IMG/VR virus record: IMGVR_UViG_3300036773_000258 | Location: 1 to 33,152 of that record | Strand: one strand, 5' to 3' | DNA length: 33,152 bases | Source: a virus | Lineage: Duplodnaviria > Caudoviricetes | Shown here: positions 1 to 6,783 of the stretch, one piece after another | How the letters are laid out: every line of letters begins with the position of its first letter | How positions within the stretch are numbered: position 1 is the first letter of the stretch | The notes under the pieces: model-generated | Databases searched by the model: none | The model's input: the letters and a program-made list of their open reading frames with translations, nothing else | Told to the model about the DNA's origin: nothing | Made by a program: the position numbers and the translations under genes

Positions 1-192
1 CACCGCCGAGCCCACCGCCGAGCCCACCGCCGAGTCCACCGCCGAGCCCACCGCCGAGCGCACCGCCGAGCCCACCGCCGAGCCCACCGCCGAGCCCACC
101 GCCGAGCGCACCGCCGAGCCCACCGCCGAGCCCACCGCCGAGCGCACCGCCGAGTACACCGCCGAGCCCACCGCCGAGCCCACCGCCGAGCG
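1..192. repeat. 12-bp tandem repeat, at least 16 units, CACCGCCGAG+NN
   Basis: Invariant 10-nt core; the variable 2 nt are CC x10, CG x4, TC x1, TA x1. Confidence 0.97.
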
Positions 193-447
193 AGGCTCGC
201 GCTCCTCGGCGCGAAGAGGCCCTCTGACTTGCGTGTAGACAATCGCGGCGAGCGCGGCTGATAGCGGGCAGGGGAGCCAAATCACGCGAGGCTCTTTCAG
301 CTTCGTGAGCCGGTAGAGCCCTGCGATCGCACGCTCGCTTTTCTCCCGATCCGCGGGCTGCGTGGAGAGACCGCTCGAGGTCCATTTCAAAACGAACTCA
401 GGGAAGCGCGCCTCCTGCGCCTTCGTGAGTTGGGTGATGAGGGCCAT
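1..447 (-). CDS. DUF6745-like protein with SAV[G/R/D/Y] tetrapeptide repeats (3' end runs off the window; not in ORF track)
   Basis: Manual translation from ATG at 447 (TGATG overlap with upstream stop): MALITQLTKAQEARFPEFVLKWTSSGLSTQPADREKSERAIAGLYRLTKLKEPRVIWLPCPLSAA...RSAVGSAVG; the 'LSTxPADR...Y...P.v.W..P' N-terminus followed by 4-aa repeats is typical of this family. Confidence 0.8.
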   Translation of the reverse strand, partial: MALITQLTKAQEARFPEFVLKWTSSGLSTQPADREKSERAIAGLYRLTKLKEPRVIWLPCPLSAALAAIVYTQVRGPLRAEEREPRSAVGSAVGSAVYSAVRSAVGSAVGSAVRSAVGSAVGSAVGSAVRSAVGSAVDSAVGSAVGSAV

Positions 448-773
448 CAGTCCTGGACCTGGCGAAGTTCGGCAGGCGTGTATTCGACCTGCCGAGGGAG
501 CAGGTACTTGCCCGCGGGCACCAACACCTTCGAATGCTCTTCGTGCAGGAGCTCCGCGGCCTTGGTGACATGCACGTAGCGGGCACCACCCTCGGCGACG
601 TAGAGCTTGACGTTGTGGCTCGTGTCGAGAAATTCGAACCGGTGGTGATGGCCCGTGGCCTCGCCCAAAGCAAGGATCACCTTGCGGCCCTTCGAAGGAT
701 GCTTTTTGGCACCTTGGGGGATCTCATCGACGGCGATCAGACAGACATCGCCTTGGCGTAGAACATTCTTCAC
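447..773 (-). CDS. Conserved hypothetical His-motif protein (RQGDV...GEATGHHH...HEEH...RQxEY), partner of the DUF6745-like gene
   Basis: 108 aa, GTG start adjacent to upstream stop; motifs read directly from the translation. Confidence 0.8.
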   Translation of the reverse strand: MKNVLRQGDVCLIAVDEIPQGAKKHPSKGRKVILALGEATGHHHRFEFLDTSHNVKLYVAEGGARYVHVTKAAELLHEEHSKVLVPAGKYLLPRQVEYTPAELRQVQD

Positions 774-995
774 TTAGCGTTTACTCCTGTGATAATCGGC
801 AAATTCACACGTCGCGAAGTGCGAGGTGTGCTTCTCTAAATCGAGCTCATCGTCTTCTGGCTCTACCGTGGCGGCATCGACGGGCATGTTCTTGCCAGCC
901 TCGGTCTTGAACCAAATAATCTTCGCGTGGCATGAGCGGCAGCGGGAAATCCTGCGCTCGTGGGCCTCCGTGGTGCCTTCGTCCTCGAAGCTCAC
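774..995 (-). CDS. Small Cys/His (zinc-ribbon-like) phage protein
   Basis: Probable GTG start at 995 overlapping the upstream TGA; CRSC...IIWFKTEAGKNMPVD...SHFATC. Confidence 0.7.
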   Translation of the reverse strand: MSFEDEGTTEAHERRISRCRSCHAKIIWFKTEAGKNMPVDAATVEPEDDELDLEKHTSHFATCEFADYHRSKR

Positions 996-1228
996 TCGAG
1001 CACCGCGCGGATGTCTTCGCACTCTGGACACGGCTGATCGTCCGCATCCCACTCCGGCGCGCCTTCGTTGCCCTCGAAGTGGATGGTGACGAGCCCGGTG
1101 CCGTGACAGCGCGCGCATTCTTTCGCGCACTCCAGCAATTTGTCGCGCAGCTTGCAGTTGACCTCGCGCAAGCTGTCGCGCTCGCGCTCGGCCACAACCA
1201 ACTTTGCGAGGGCGTCGCGGACGTTCAT
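992..1228 (-). CDS. Small protein with coiled coil and CxxCxGxG...CxxC zinc finger
   Basis: 78 aa, CARCHGTG and CPEC motifs, 4-bp overlaps with both neighbours. Confidence 0.7.
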   Translation of the reverse strand: MNVRDALAKLVVAERERDSLREVNCKLRDKLLECAKECARCHGTGLVTIHFEGNEGAPEWDADDQPCPECEDIRAVLE

Positions 1229-1803
1229 TCGATCGCCACTTTGAGGCCGCTATCGCCCGCGGATTTATTGATGGGCTTGCCCGCGAGGATGTGGCTCACC
1301 AACTTGCCCTCCAGCCACACGTCACGGCCGCAATAGTCAATGACGCGACCCTTGCGTCCCTGCTGCCACCACACCGGGGCCATCGCGCCATGCCCGGACT
1401 TGGCCAACCCGAAAGTCGCCGTCATGATGGCATCTAAGGACCAGCCGCCATGGGTGCGCCAGTCAAATCGATCGGGATCTAACCCCAAGGTGATCCAGAT
1501 GCGCTCTAAGGCGTCCAAGTGCCGCTCTTGGTTGACGGTGATGCCGTAGTGCTCCAAGAGCGGCAAATCGAAGCGGCGCGTGTTGAAGCCCGCGGTCGGC
1601 TGATCGCCGAGATAGAGCTTCAGCTCGTCGAAGTCCTCTTCGAGAAACGTGCGCGTCAGGTGCGTCTGAATGTCATAGGTGCAGACCACTGAGACACCCA
1701 TGTTGGCGAAGTCGCGCCACCCCTCGCAGTACTCGATCCCCACGATGGGCTTCTCATTGCGCGCGAGGATGCCCTTTTTGATCTCGGCGTCGATGACGAT
1801 CAT
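1225..1803 (-). CDS. RNase H-like/DnaQ-type (DEDD) 3'-5' exonuclease
   Basis: ExoI IVIDAEI, ExoII GFNTRRFDLPLL, ExoIII YCGRDV. Confidence 0.8.
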   Translation of the reverse strand: MIVIDAEIKKGILARNEKPIVGIEYCEGWRDFANMGVSVVCTYDIQTHLTRTFLEEDFDELKLYLGDQPTAGFNTRRFDLPLLEHYGITVNQERHLDALERIWITLGLDPDRFDWRTHGGWSLDAIMTATFGLAKSGHGAMAPVWWQQGRKGRVIDYCGRDVWLEGKLVSHILAGKPINKSAGDSGLKVAIE

Positions 1804-2246
1804 GACGCGGCCTCCGTCTTTTTGCCGATTTCGATCTTGTGCATCGTCTTCTTGAACGGCCGCCTTCGCGGCAACTCCACCGTCACCTCGAGCTCTTCTG
1901 CGATGTCAGGCGAACCCCACACCCGCGTGCACGGCTCGCCGTTCCACACGTCCTCGAAGATCGTGATGCGCTTGCCCATCCAGTTGCCGAGTTCCTTGCC
2001 GAACATCTCCTTGATGCACAGGCCATTCGTCTTGCAGGCCACCAGCTTTTTGGGCGATTCTTTGAAGGAGATGATGCACTTGGTTTTTTTGGCGCCATCG
2101 TCCCCGACCAGGTCCTCGAGCTCGACGTCCGTGATCGTGAGCGTGACCTTTTTGCCTAAGAGCTCTCCGGCCTTGATGAAGCGCCCGGGGTAGAGCTGGT
2201 CATACACGGTGGGCCTGGGGTGCTTTTTGACTTCCTCGTTCATCAT
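1800..2246 (-). CDS. Putative ssDNA-binding/annealing protein (possible OB-fold)
   Basis: 148 aa, FIKAGEL...LTITDV...KTN...FG...WMGKRITIF pattern; coupled directly downstream of the RecE-like gene; function inferred from position. Confidence 0.55.
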   Translation of the reverse strand: MMNEEVKKHPRPTVYDQLYPGRFIKAGELLGKKVTLTITDVELEDLVGDDGAKKTKCIISFKESPKKLVACKTNGLCIKEMFGKELGNWMGKRITIFEDVWNGEPCTRVWGSPDIAEELEVTVELPRRRPFKKTMHKIEIGKKTEAAS

Positions 2247-3091
2247 AGAATCGGCTCCAGTTCAAGGTCGGCGAGATCATCTTCGGTGTTGGGATACGCC
2301 CAGGTGGGCAGCGTCAAGTACTCCTCGTGCGGCACAGGGCCAGGCCACTCGCCCGAAGCTTCGCAACTTGCGAGGATCTGCAGCAGGCGTTGATATTCCT
2401 CACGCCCTTGCGCGAGAATGTCCTCAGGGATGATGTAGGTCGCGACCGCGTGCGGCGCATCGGACTCCACGACGACCTCGACCATATGCGGCTTTTTGCC
2501 GGTGATCGCTTCGAATCCGTCGTGATACCAAGCCCATTGCAAGTGGTAGCCTAACTTCGCGGCCTGACTGCCGAATTGAAAATGCCGGCAGTCTCGGGAA
2601 GTCTTGAGCCCCACGATGGTCGGCTGCCCCTCGATCGAGGTGAGCCAATCAACGCGCCCCTTGGCGGGCCTGCCTCCCACAATTTCCCACTCGAGCGAGG
2701 CTTCCGGATCGCCGGTGGCGAGATATTTGTTGGCGACTTCATCGAAGCGCACAGCTTTGGCGATCTCGAGCGCGAGCACCCCTTGGTCCTCGGTCAGGAT
2801 GGTTTGCCCCTGGTGCTCGAGCTGAAACGCCTCCCACCACTTGCCATTGCGAGGAGCGCTGCGCCCCGTGTCCGTTTTGCGGTTCCAGATCGCGAACTCT
2901 TTCAAGAACCTTTCGGGCTCCAGCACCGACACATGGGTCGCAATCCCAACCGTCATCACGCCGGACGCTTTCGGGTGCTCCAAGGCATGCTGATAGTGCT
3001 GAGGGGAGCGCAGCAGGTACTTCAAGCGCGTGATGTTGATCGCCTCGATGGCGTCGTACTCCTCGCGGGGAACTCGGGATTGGATGCTCAT
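2243..3091 (-). CDS. RecE/exonuclease VIII-like PD-(D/E)XK protein (DUF3799-like)
   Basis: SPQHY, GIATHVSVLEP, KGRVDW, IVGLKTS, YHLQWAWY, VES.APH, C...GEWPG motifs. Confidence 0.85.
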   Translation of the reverse strand: MSIQSRVPREEYDAIEAINITRLKYLLRSPQHYQHALEHPKASGVMTVGIATHVSVLEPERFLKEFAIWNRKTDTGRSAPRNGKWWEAFQLEHQGQTILTEDQGVLALEIAKAVRFDEVANKYLATGDPEASLEWEIVGGRPAKGRVDWLTSIEGQPTIVGLKTSRDCRHFQFGSQAAKLGYHLQWAWYHDGFEAITGKKPHMVEVVVESDAPHAVATYIIPEDILAQGREEYQRLLQILASCEASGEWPGPVPHEEYLTLPTWAYPNTEDDLADLELEPIL

Positions 3092-3258
3092 GCGGACTCC
3101 TGGGTGCGCAGCTGCTTGACGAAACGCTCGAACGCTTCGAGCACTTCTTGCTCGAGCACGACGTAGTGATCGCTACCCTCCCTGGGTGCACGCAGCTTGA
3201 TGGCGAACCCATCGAAGGAAGCGTAGAGCCCATCACCGAGATAGGTTTCCTCCCTCAT
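3088..3258 (-). CDS. 56-aa conserved phage hypothetical (YLGDGLYASFDG motif); not in ORF track
   Basis: MREETYLGDGLYASFDGFAIKLRAPREGSDHYVVLEQEVLEAFERFVKQLRTQESA; ATGA overlaps at both ends. Confidence 0.8.
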   Translation of the reverse strand: MREETYLGDGLYASFDGFAIKLRAPREGSDHYVVLEQEVLEAFERFVKQLRTQESA

Positions 3259-3467
3259 CGCTGCACCAGGTGCGCGGTGGCCTTATCGACGGTGGCGATC
3301 AAGCGATCGCCCATGGATTTCGCGCCATCCAAGCGCCCTTCCGATTTGCCGATCTCGTAGGCGATTTGGATGGCCTGCGCTTTCACGCCGGTGTCTGCAC
3401 TTGAGCTGCAAATGAGCGTAACGAGATCAGCGAGAATCGCCGTCACGGTGGGTGGGTTTTTGTTCAT
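3255..3467 (-). CDS. Hypothetical protein, 70 aa
   Basis: Start MNKNPPT at an ATGA overlap with GAGG upstream. Confidence 0.65.
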   Translation of the reverse strand: MNKNPPTVTAILADLVTLICSSSADTGVKAQAIQIAYEIGKSEGRLDGAKSMGDRLIATVDKATAHLVQR

Positions 3468-3631
3468 GCCTGTTTCCTCATGAGGGCGGGCGTCTCGTCG
3501 TAGAGCTCCTTCGCCCATTCACGTAAAATTTCCTGGTACGCCTCGATGAACCTAGAATCCCCGGGGTGTTGCAGGCGCGCGATGCAGAGCGCGACGCGGA
3601 TCGCAGCCAAGGATTCGAGCGTGAGGGTCAT
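3464..3631 (-). CDS. Hypothetical protein, 55 aa
   Basis: Start MTLTLES at an ATGA overlap. Confidence 0.65.
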   Translation of the reverse strand: MTLTLESLAAIRVALCIARLQHPGDSRFIEAYQEILREWAKELYDETPALMRKQA

Positions 3632-3807
3632 GAGAGCCACCGGTCGTGAGCCTTCGTCCCCTTGAACGAGCCCATGCAATAACGATTGATTTCGGCGTTG
3701 CGGATGAGCTCTTTGCGTTTCGCGCGCCACTCGAGGTAATGACCGACCGCGCAGTCGACGGCGAGAATTGCGAAGGCGATGCCAACGCACCAGAGGGTGA
3801 ACTTCAT
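3628..3807 (-). CDS. Small single-pass membrane protein, 59 aa
   Basis: MKFTLWCVGIAFAILAVDCAVG hydrophobic N-terminus, GAGGAG RBS, ATGA overlap. Confidence 0.7.
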   Translation of the reverse strand: MKFTLWCVGIAFAILAVDCAVGHYLEWRAKRKELIRNAEINRYCMGSFKGTKAHDRWLS

Positions 3808-4127
3808 GGACCGCACTCCTCAAGGGCCGCAGAGGCCACGCGTTTCACTTCCCGCATGTACCCCTGGGCCGCACCGTCGAAGTAGGGGATGCACATGTCG
3901 GCGCCCAGGACGAGATCGCGCAGGGCGGCGGCCAAGTTGTCGCGCTCACGCTTGATGCGAAGGGCCGTTGCGCCGAGCTTGTCGAGATCGGTGCTCAATT
4001 GGCGTGTCGGGTAGCACTCGTCCAAGATCTCGCGCGCAAGGTCAGCGTTCGCAGCGGCGGTGTCGTGATCGTAAGTGTCGCGCCCCAAGCGCTCGGCTTC
4101 GCGTTGTTCGGGACCGTCGGCGCTCAT
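3804..4127 (-). CDS. Hypothetical protein, 107 aa
   Basis: Start MSADGPE at an ATGA overlap; helical/coiled-coil character. Confidence 0.65.
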   Translation of the reverse strand: MSADGPEQREAERLGRDTYDHDTAAANADLAREILDECYPTRQLSTDLDKLGATALRIKRERDNLAAALRDLVLGADMCIPYFDGAAQGYMREVKRVASAALEECGP

Positions 4128-4339
4128 GCCGCGGAATCTCGAACTTGGGACCTGACGAACCTGCGGGTCTTTGCCCACGTGTGAGTTTTGCGCATCGACT
4201 GCCATTCGCCCGGCGTGCCGGGATAGCGCCACGTGGACATGTAGTGCCACTTCGAGACGGTGAAGGGCACGCCCATGCGGACGAGGCGGTTGGTTTTGGC
4301 GCGGGCTTTCGCGCGGGCCTGTCGTTTGATTTGGTTCAT
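4124..4339 (-). CDS. First gene of leftward operon, basic Arg/Lys-rich 71-aa protein
   Basis: GGAG RBS; directly downstream of the PL-like promoter. Confidence 0.7.
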   Translation of the reverse strand: MNQIKRQARAKARAKTNRLVRMGVPFTVSKWHYMSTWRYPGTPGEWQSMRKTHTWAKTRRFVRSQVRDSAA

Positions 4340-4366
4340 CGCTCGCTCTCCATGTGGGTGACTATG

Positions 4367-4413
4367 GGGAGAGTTTTCCCCATCTGGAGCGGCATGTCAA
4401 GGAAAACTTTCCC
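4367..4413 (-). promoter_or_regulatory. OL/PL: two operators and a leftward -35
   Basis: GGGAGAGTTTTCCC (4367-4380) and AGGAAAACTTTCCC (4400-4413); TTGACA on the minus strand at 4395-4400. Confidence 0.8.
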
Positions 4414-4451
4414 CAACAATCAAATATTATTTGCCGCGCTGCGGCGGCCGG

Positions 4452-4574
4452 CTACCAGTACTTCAGAACAAAGTGGATAACGACATAGAAGGGCAGAATG
4501 ACCAGGCCGAGCATAATTATGGCGCCAATGGCGCCCCCAACTACCTGGATCGCCGCGCGAATGTCCTTCAGCAA
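4452..4574 (-). CDS. Small membrane peptide downstream of the repressor (start uncertain)
   Basis: LLKDIRAAIQVVGGAIGAIIMLGLVILPFYVVIHFVLKYW, one long hydrophobic helix; possible TTG start at 4574. Confidence 0.5.
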   Translation of the reverse strand: MLKDIRAAIQVVGGAIGAIIMLGLVILPFYVVIHFVLKYW

Positions 4575-4596
4575 CGCATCCCAGCGAAGGGAAGCT

Positions 4597-4944
4597 CTAG
4601 CTTTTGTATCGAGCTTCCATCTCAGCCACGCGGAGGATATTTTCTTTGCCGTGTTTGTTCGCATCCGCGTAAAGCTCCAGCAATTTGCCGATATTCCCGT
4701 TGTCTGCCATCTCGGGCCGGAAAGAACTGGACAACAGCAGCCAGCCCGTCAATCCAAATACCTTCGCTACTGCATCGACTTGCTCGGGCCTCGGATCGTA
4801 GCGGCCGTTCAACTGGTTATTGACGGTCTTGCGATCAATGCCGGCCCGTTTGGCGACTTCAGGCGCGCTCATTCCCGATTTGTCAATGAGGGCTTTGAGG
4901 TTTTTCGCGAGCACGGCGCGAGGTAATGGACGTTTTTCTGCCAT
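4597..4944 (-). CDS. cI: CI-like repressor, XRE HTH, 115 aa
   Basis: LAKNLKALIDKSGMSAPEVAKRAGIDRKTVNNQLNG HTH; divergent from cro; the ATG at 4944 abuts OR3. Confidence 0.85.
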   Translation of the reverse strand: MAEKRPLPRAVLAKNLKALIDKSGMSAPEVAKRAGIDRKTVNNQLNGRYDPRPEQVDAVAKVFGLTGWLLLSSSFRPEMADNGNIGKLLELYADANKHGKENILRVAEMEARYKS

Positions 4945-4945
4945 A

Positions 4946-5010
4946 GGGAATTCTTTCCCATTGGCGGGGGAAAGAGTTCCTTGACAAATGGGGAAAGTGT
5001 TCCCCAATAT
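4946..5010 (+). promoter_or_regulatory. OR/PR: three operators and the rightward promoter
   Basis: GGGAATTCTTTCCC (4946-4959), GGGAAAGAGTTCCT (4968-4981), GGGAAAGTGTTCCC (4991-5004); TTGACA 4981-4986; possible -10 CAATAT 5005-5010. Confidence 0.85.
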
Positions 5011-5017
5011 GTCGACC

Positions 5018-5221
5018 ATGGCGCTACTCGAAACAACCAGATCCATGCTGACTAAGCTCACTAACTCAGGAATGAGCTTGCGTCAGATCGCAATTGAATT
5101 CGAAGGAGAGGTTGAGTACGACTGGCTGAAGCGGTTCGCCAATGGGGAGATCAAGGATCCCTCCGTAAATCGCGTACAAGCGCTCCACGATTGTTTGGTG
5201 AATCGCAAGACTGCGGCCTAG
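5018..5221 (+). CDS. cro: Cro-like HTH protein
   Basis: SLRQIAIEF...YDWLKRFANGEIKDPSVNRVQAL; divergent from cI; start could be 5009 or 5018. Confidence 0.8.
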   Translation: MALLETTRSMLTKLTNSGMSLRQIAIEFEGEVEYDWLKRFANGEIKDPSVNRVQALHDCLVNRKTAA

Positions 5222-5237
5222 ATGGCGTCTTTTTTTT
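5208..5237 (+). terminator. tR1-like hairpin with T-tract after cro
   Basis: AAGAC..GCC-TAGAT-GGC.GTCTT running into a T8 tract; imperfect stem. Confidence 0.45.
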
Positions 5238-5281
5238 GCCCCGCCGATTTGCCTTATTTCACGCGTGATTGGACCTAACGC

Positions 5282-5518
5282 ATGTCCCTCGACCGTAAGG
5301 ACATTAGAGCCAAGCTCGACCCTGAGTGGCACGAAGCTCTTGTCAAAATCTGCGCCCGCGACGGCATCGACGTTGGCGAATTTATCGAGCGCGAGATCGA
5401 GCGCGTCCTCTCTGAACGTATCCATGGGTGGATCTTGGATGCGGATGTGATCGGGGGTTTGGGAATAACCGGGAAACTTAGGGACAAGCCGGGAACTTCA
5501 GGGAAGGGACGCCGATGA
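5282..5518 (+). CDS. cII-position DNA-binding protein, ribbon-helix-helix-like
   Basis: RKDIRAKLDPEWHEALVKICARDGIDVGEFIEREI (strand-helix-helix pattern); lies between cro and the replication gene. Confidence 0.65.
   Translation: MSLDRKDIRAKLDPEWHEALVKICARDGIDVGEFIEREIERVLSERIHGWILDADVIGGLGITGKLRDKPGTSGKGRR
5461..5504 (+). repeat. Five GGGA tetramers at an exact 10-bp period
   Basis: GGGA at 5461, 5471, 5481, 5491 and 5501. Confidence 0.8.
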
Positions 5519-6102
5519 GTGGTAATAGCCTCGCCATGATGCCGTGGTTCCCCGGCGACTTCATGCGTTCCACTCGCGGCTGGTCGGTGACGTCCAAGGG
5601 CGTGTACCGAGAGCTCCTCGATGCGCAGTGGGATATGGGGGAGTTACCGGCCGATCCTGAGGAGCTGGCCGCCCTCATTAGTGCTACGACGGCAGAGTGG
5701 CAAAAGGGGTGGGGTAAATGCGCACCGAAGTTCCCCATCGGCCATGACGGCATGAGGCGCAACCCGCGCCTTGAATCCCATCGCACCAAGTCAGCGGACC
5801 TCACTGAGCGTCGCCAGAAAGGGGCCGCAATTACCAACGCTGGGCGTGGCGCTAAGCGAACGCTGAACGGGTCGCATAGCGATGCGCTCAGCGATGCGGA
5901 CAGCGCACGCACTGCGGAACGCCCAGCGCACGCATCCGATCCGATCCATTCCGAATCCGTCTCCGATCCGAACCGCGCCATACCAGAAAACCCACCCCCT
6001 ACCCCCTCAAGGGGGCGTGTGCGTGGGGAGCGAAAACGACGTGAGGAGCCGGAGTCCGATTGGATCCCGCCGACCGAGGAGCAAATCCGTGCAGGAAACT
6101 GA
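5515..6102 (+). CDS. Replication initiator, YdaU/DUF1376-like (lambda O position)
   Basis: MPWFPGDFMRSTRGWSVTSKGVYRELLDAQWDMGELPAD...NPRLE N-terminal motif. Confidence 0.8.
   Translation: MSGNSLAMMPWFPGDFMRSTRGWSVTSKGVYRELLDAQWDMGELPADPEELAALISATTAEWQKGWGKCAPKFPIGHDGMRRNPRLESHRTKSADLTERRQKGAAITNAGRGAKRTLNGSHSDALSDADSARTAERPAHASDPIHSESVSDPNRAIPENPPPTPSRGRVRGERKRREEPESDWIPPTEEQIRAGN
5850..5972. repeat. Iteron-like CGC-N3-GCG array plus short TCCG repeats (candidate ori)
   Basis: Seven near-palindromic 9-mers at 11-12 bp period in the linker-coding part of the initiator gene. Confidence 0.55.
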
Positions 6103-6631
6103 CGCCAAAGGCTTCGATCGTGCGCTATCTCGGCTCTGCGCTGGGTTCGATGTGCCGGTCACGGACGCGAGACGCGAGGCCTACTGGCGCTCGTTTCGCA
6201 AGCTCAATTTGCTGGAATTCGCAGGACTGGTCGATACCGCATTGGTCGAGTCCACCTTCGCCTCGCTACCCACCGTCGGCGCTCTGTGGGAACTGCACCG
6301 CAAGCTGCAACCGCCGAGCCCATCAGCCACGGTCAGCGGCCCCTCGATCCAGGCGCAGCTGTGCGAGTACGCGGCCATCAAACTCAAAGCTCTGATCCGC
6401 AAAGACGCGACGATGGCCGAGCGCTGGCAGTACTCCAGGGCCTGGACGTACTGCTACCGCGAATGGCGCGATGGCGACAAGCGGTGCGCCGAATGCATGG
6501 GTGTCGTGATCGATTTGGATGATGGCCGCAAGGTCGGCTGGACGGTCACGAACATGCACGGAGACCCTGAGGTTTATGCCGAGGTGATGCGCCGGTGTCA
6601 GCCGGACTACCGAGGCGACGGACGTCCATGA
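6089..6631 (+). CDS. Putative helicase loader (lambda P position), 180 aa
   Basis: GAGGAG RBS before GTG 6089; FDRALSRLCAGF...AYWRSFRKL...LPTVGAL resembles loader-type N-termini; assignment mainly by synteny. Confidence 0.55.
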   Translation: MQETDAKGFDRALSRLCAGFDVPVTDARREAYWRSFRKLNLLEFAGLVDTALVESTFASLPTVGALWELHRKLQPPSPSATVSGPSIQAQLCEYAAIKLKALIRKDATMAERWQYSRAWTYCYREWRDGDKRCAECMGVVIDLDDGRKVGWTVTNMHGDPEVYAEVMRRCQPDYRGDGRP

Positions 6632-6783
6632 GTCAGCCCGAAAACCCCAAGGCCGCCCCGCCCCTGCCCGCCCCCGCGCCATCCCCGGACTGGCTCACCG
6701 CACAGGCCAAGTTTCAACAAGCGGGGCGCCCGAAGCCTCGCCCCAAATCAAGCTACGCCTACCAACCACGCAAGGGGAAATGA
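6628..6783 (+). CDS. Pro-rich basic hypothetical protein, 51 aa
   Basis: ATGA overlaps at both ends. Confidence 0.6.
   Translation: MSQPENPKAAPPLPAPAPSPDWLTAQAKFQQAGRPKPRPKSSYAYQPRKGK

Noticed and set aside
1-192. Repeat array as CRISPR
   Set aside because: The 12-bp units are contiguous with no spacers and lie in-frame in a CDS; no cas genes are present
4945-5061. Extended cI (start 5061) and cro (start 4988) starts from the ORF track
   Set aside because: They would run through the operators and promoter and overlap each other; internal ATGs fit the HTH boundaries
5882-6088. Long N-terminal extension of the 249-aa ORF overlapping the initiator gene
   Set aside because: A strong GAGGAG RBS before GTG 6089 gives a better start; the upstream part is a shadow frame over the repeats
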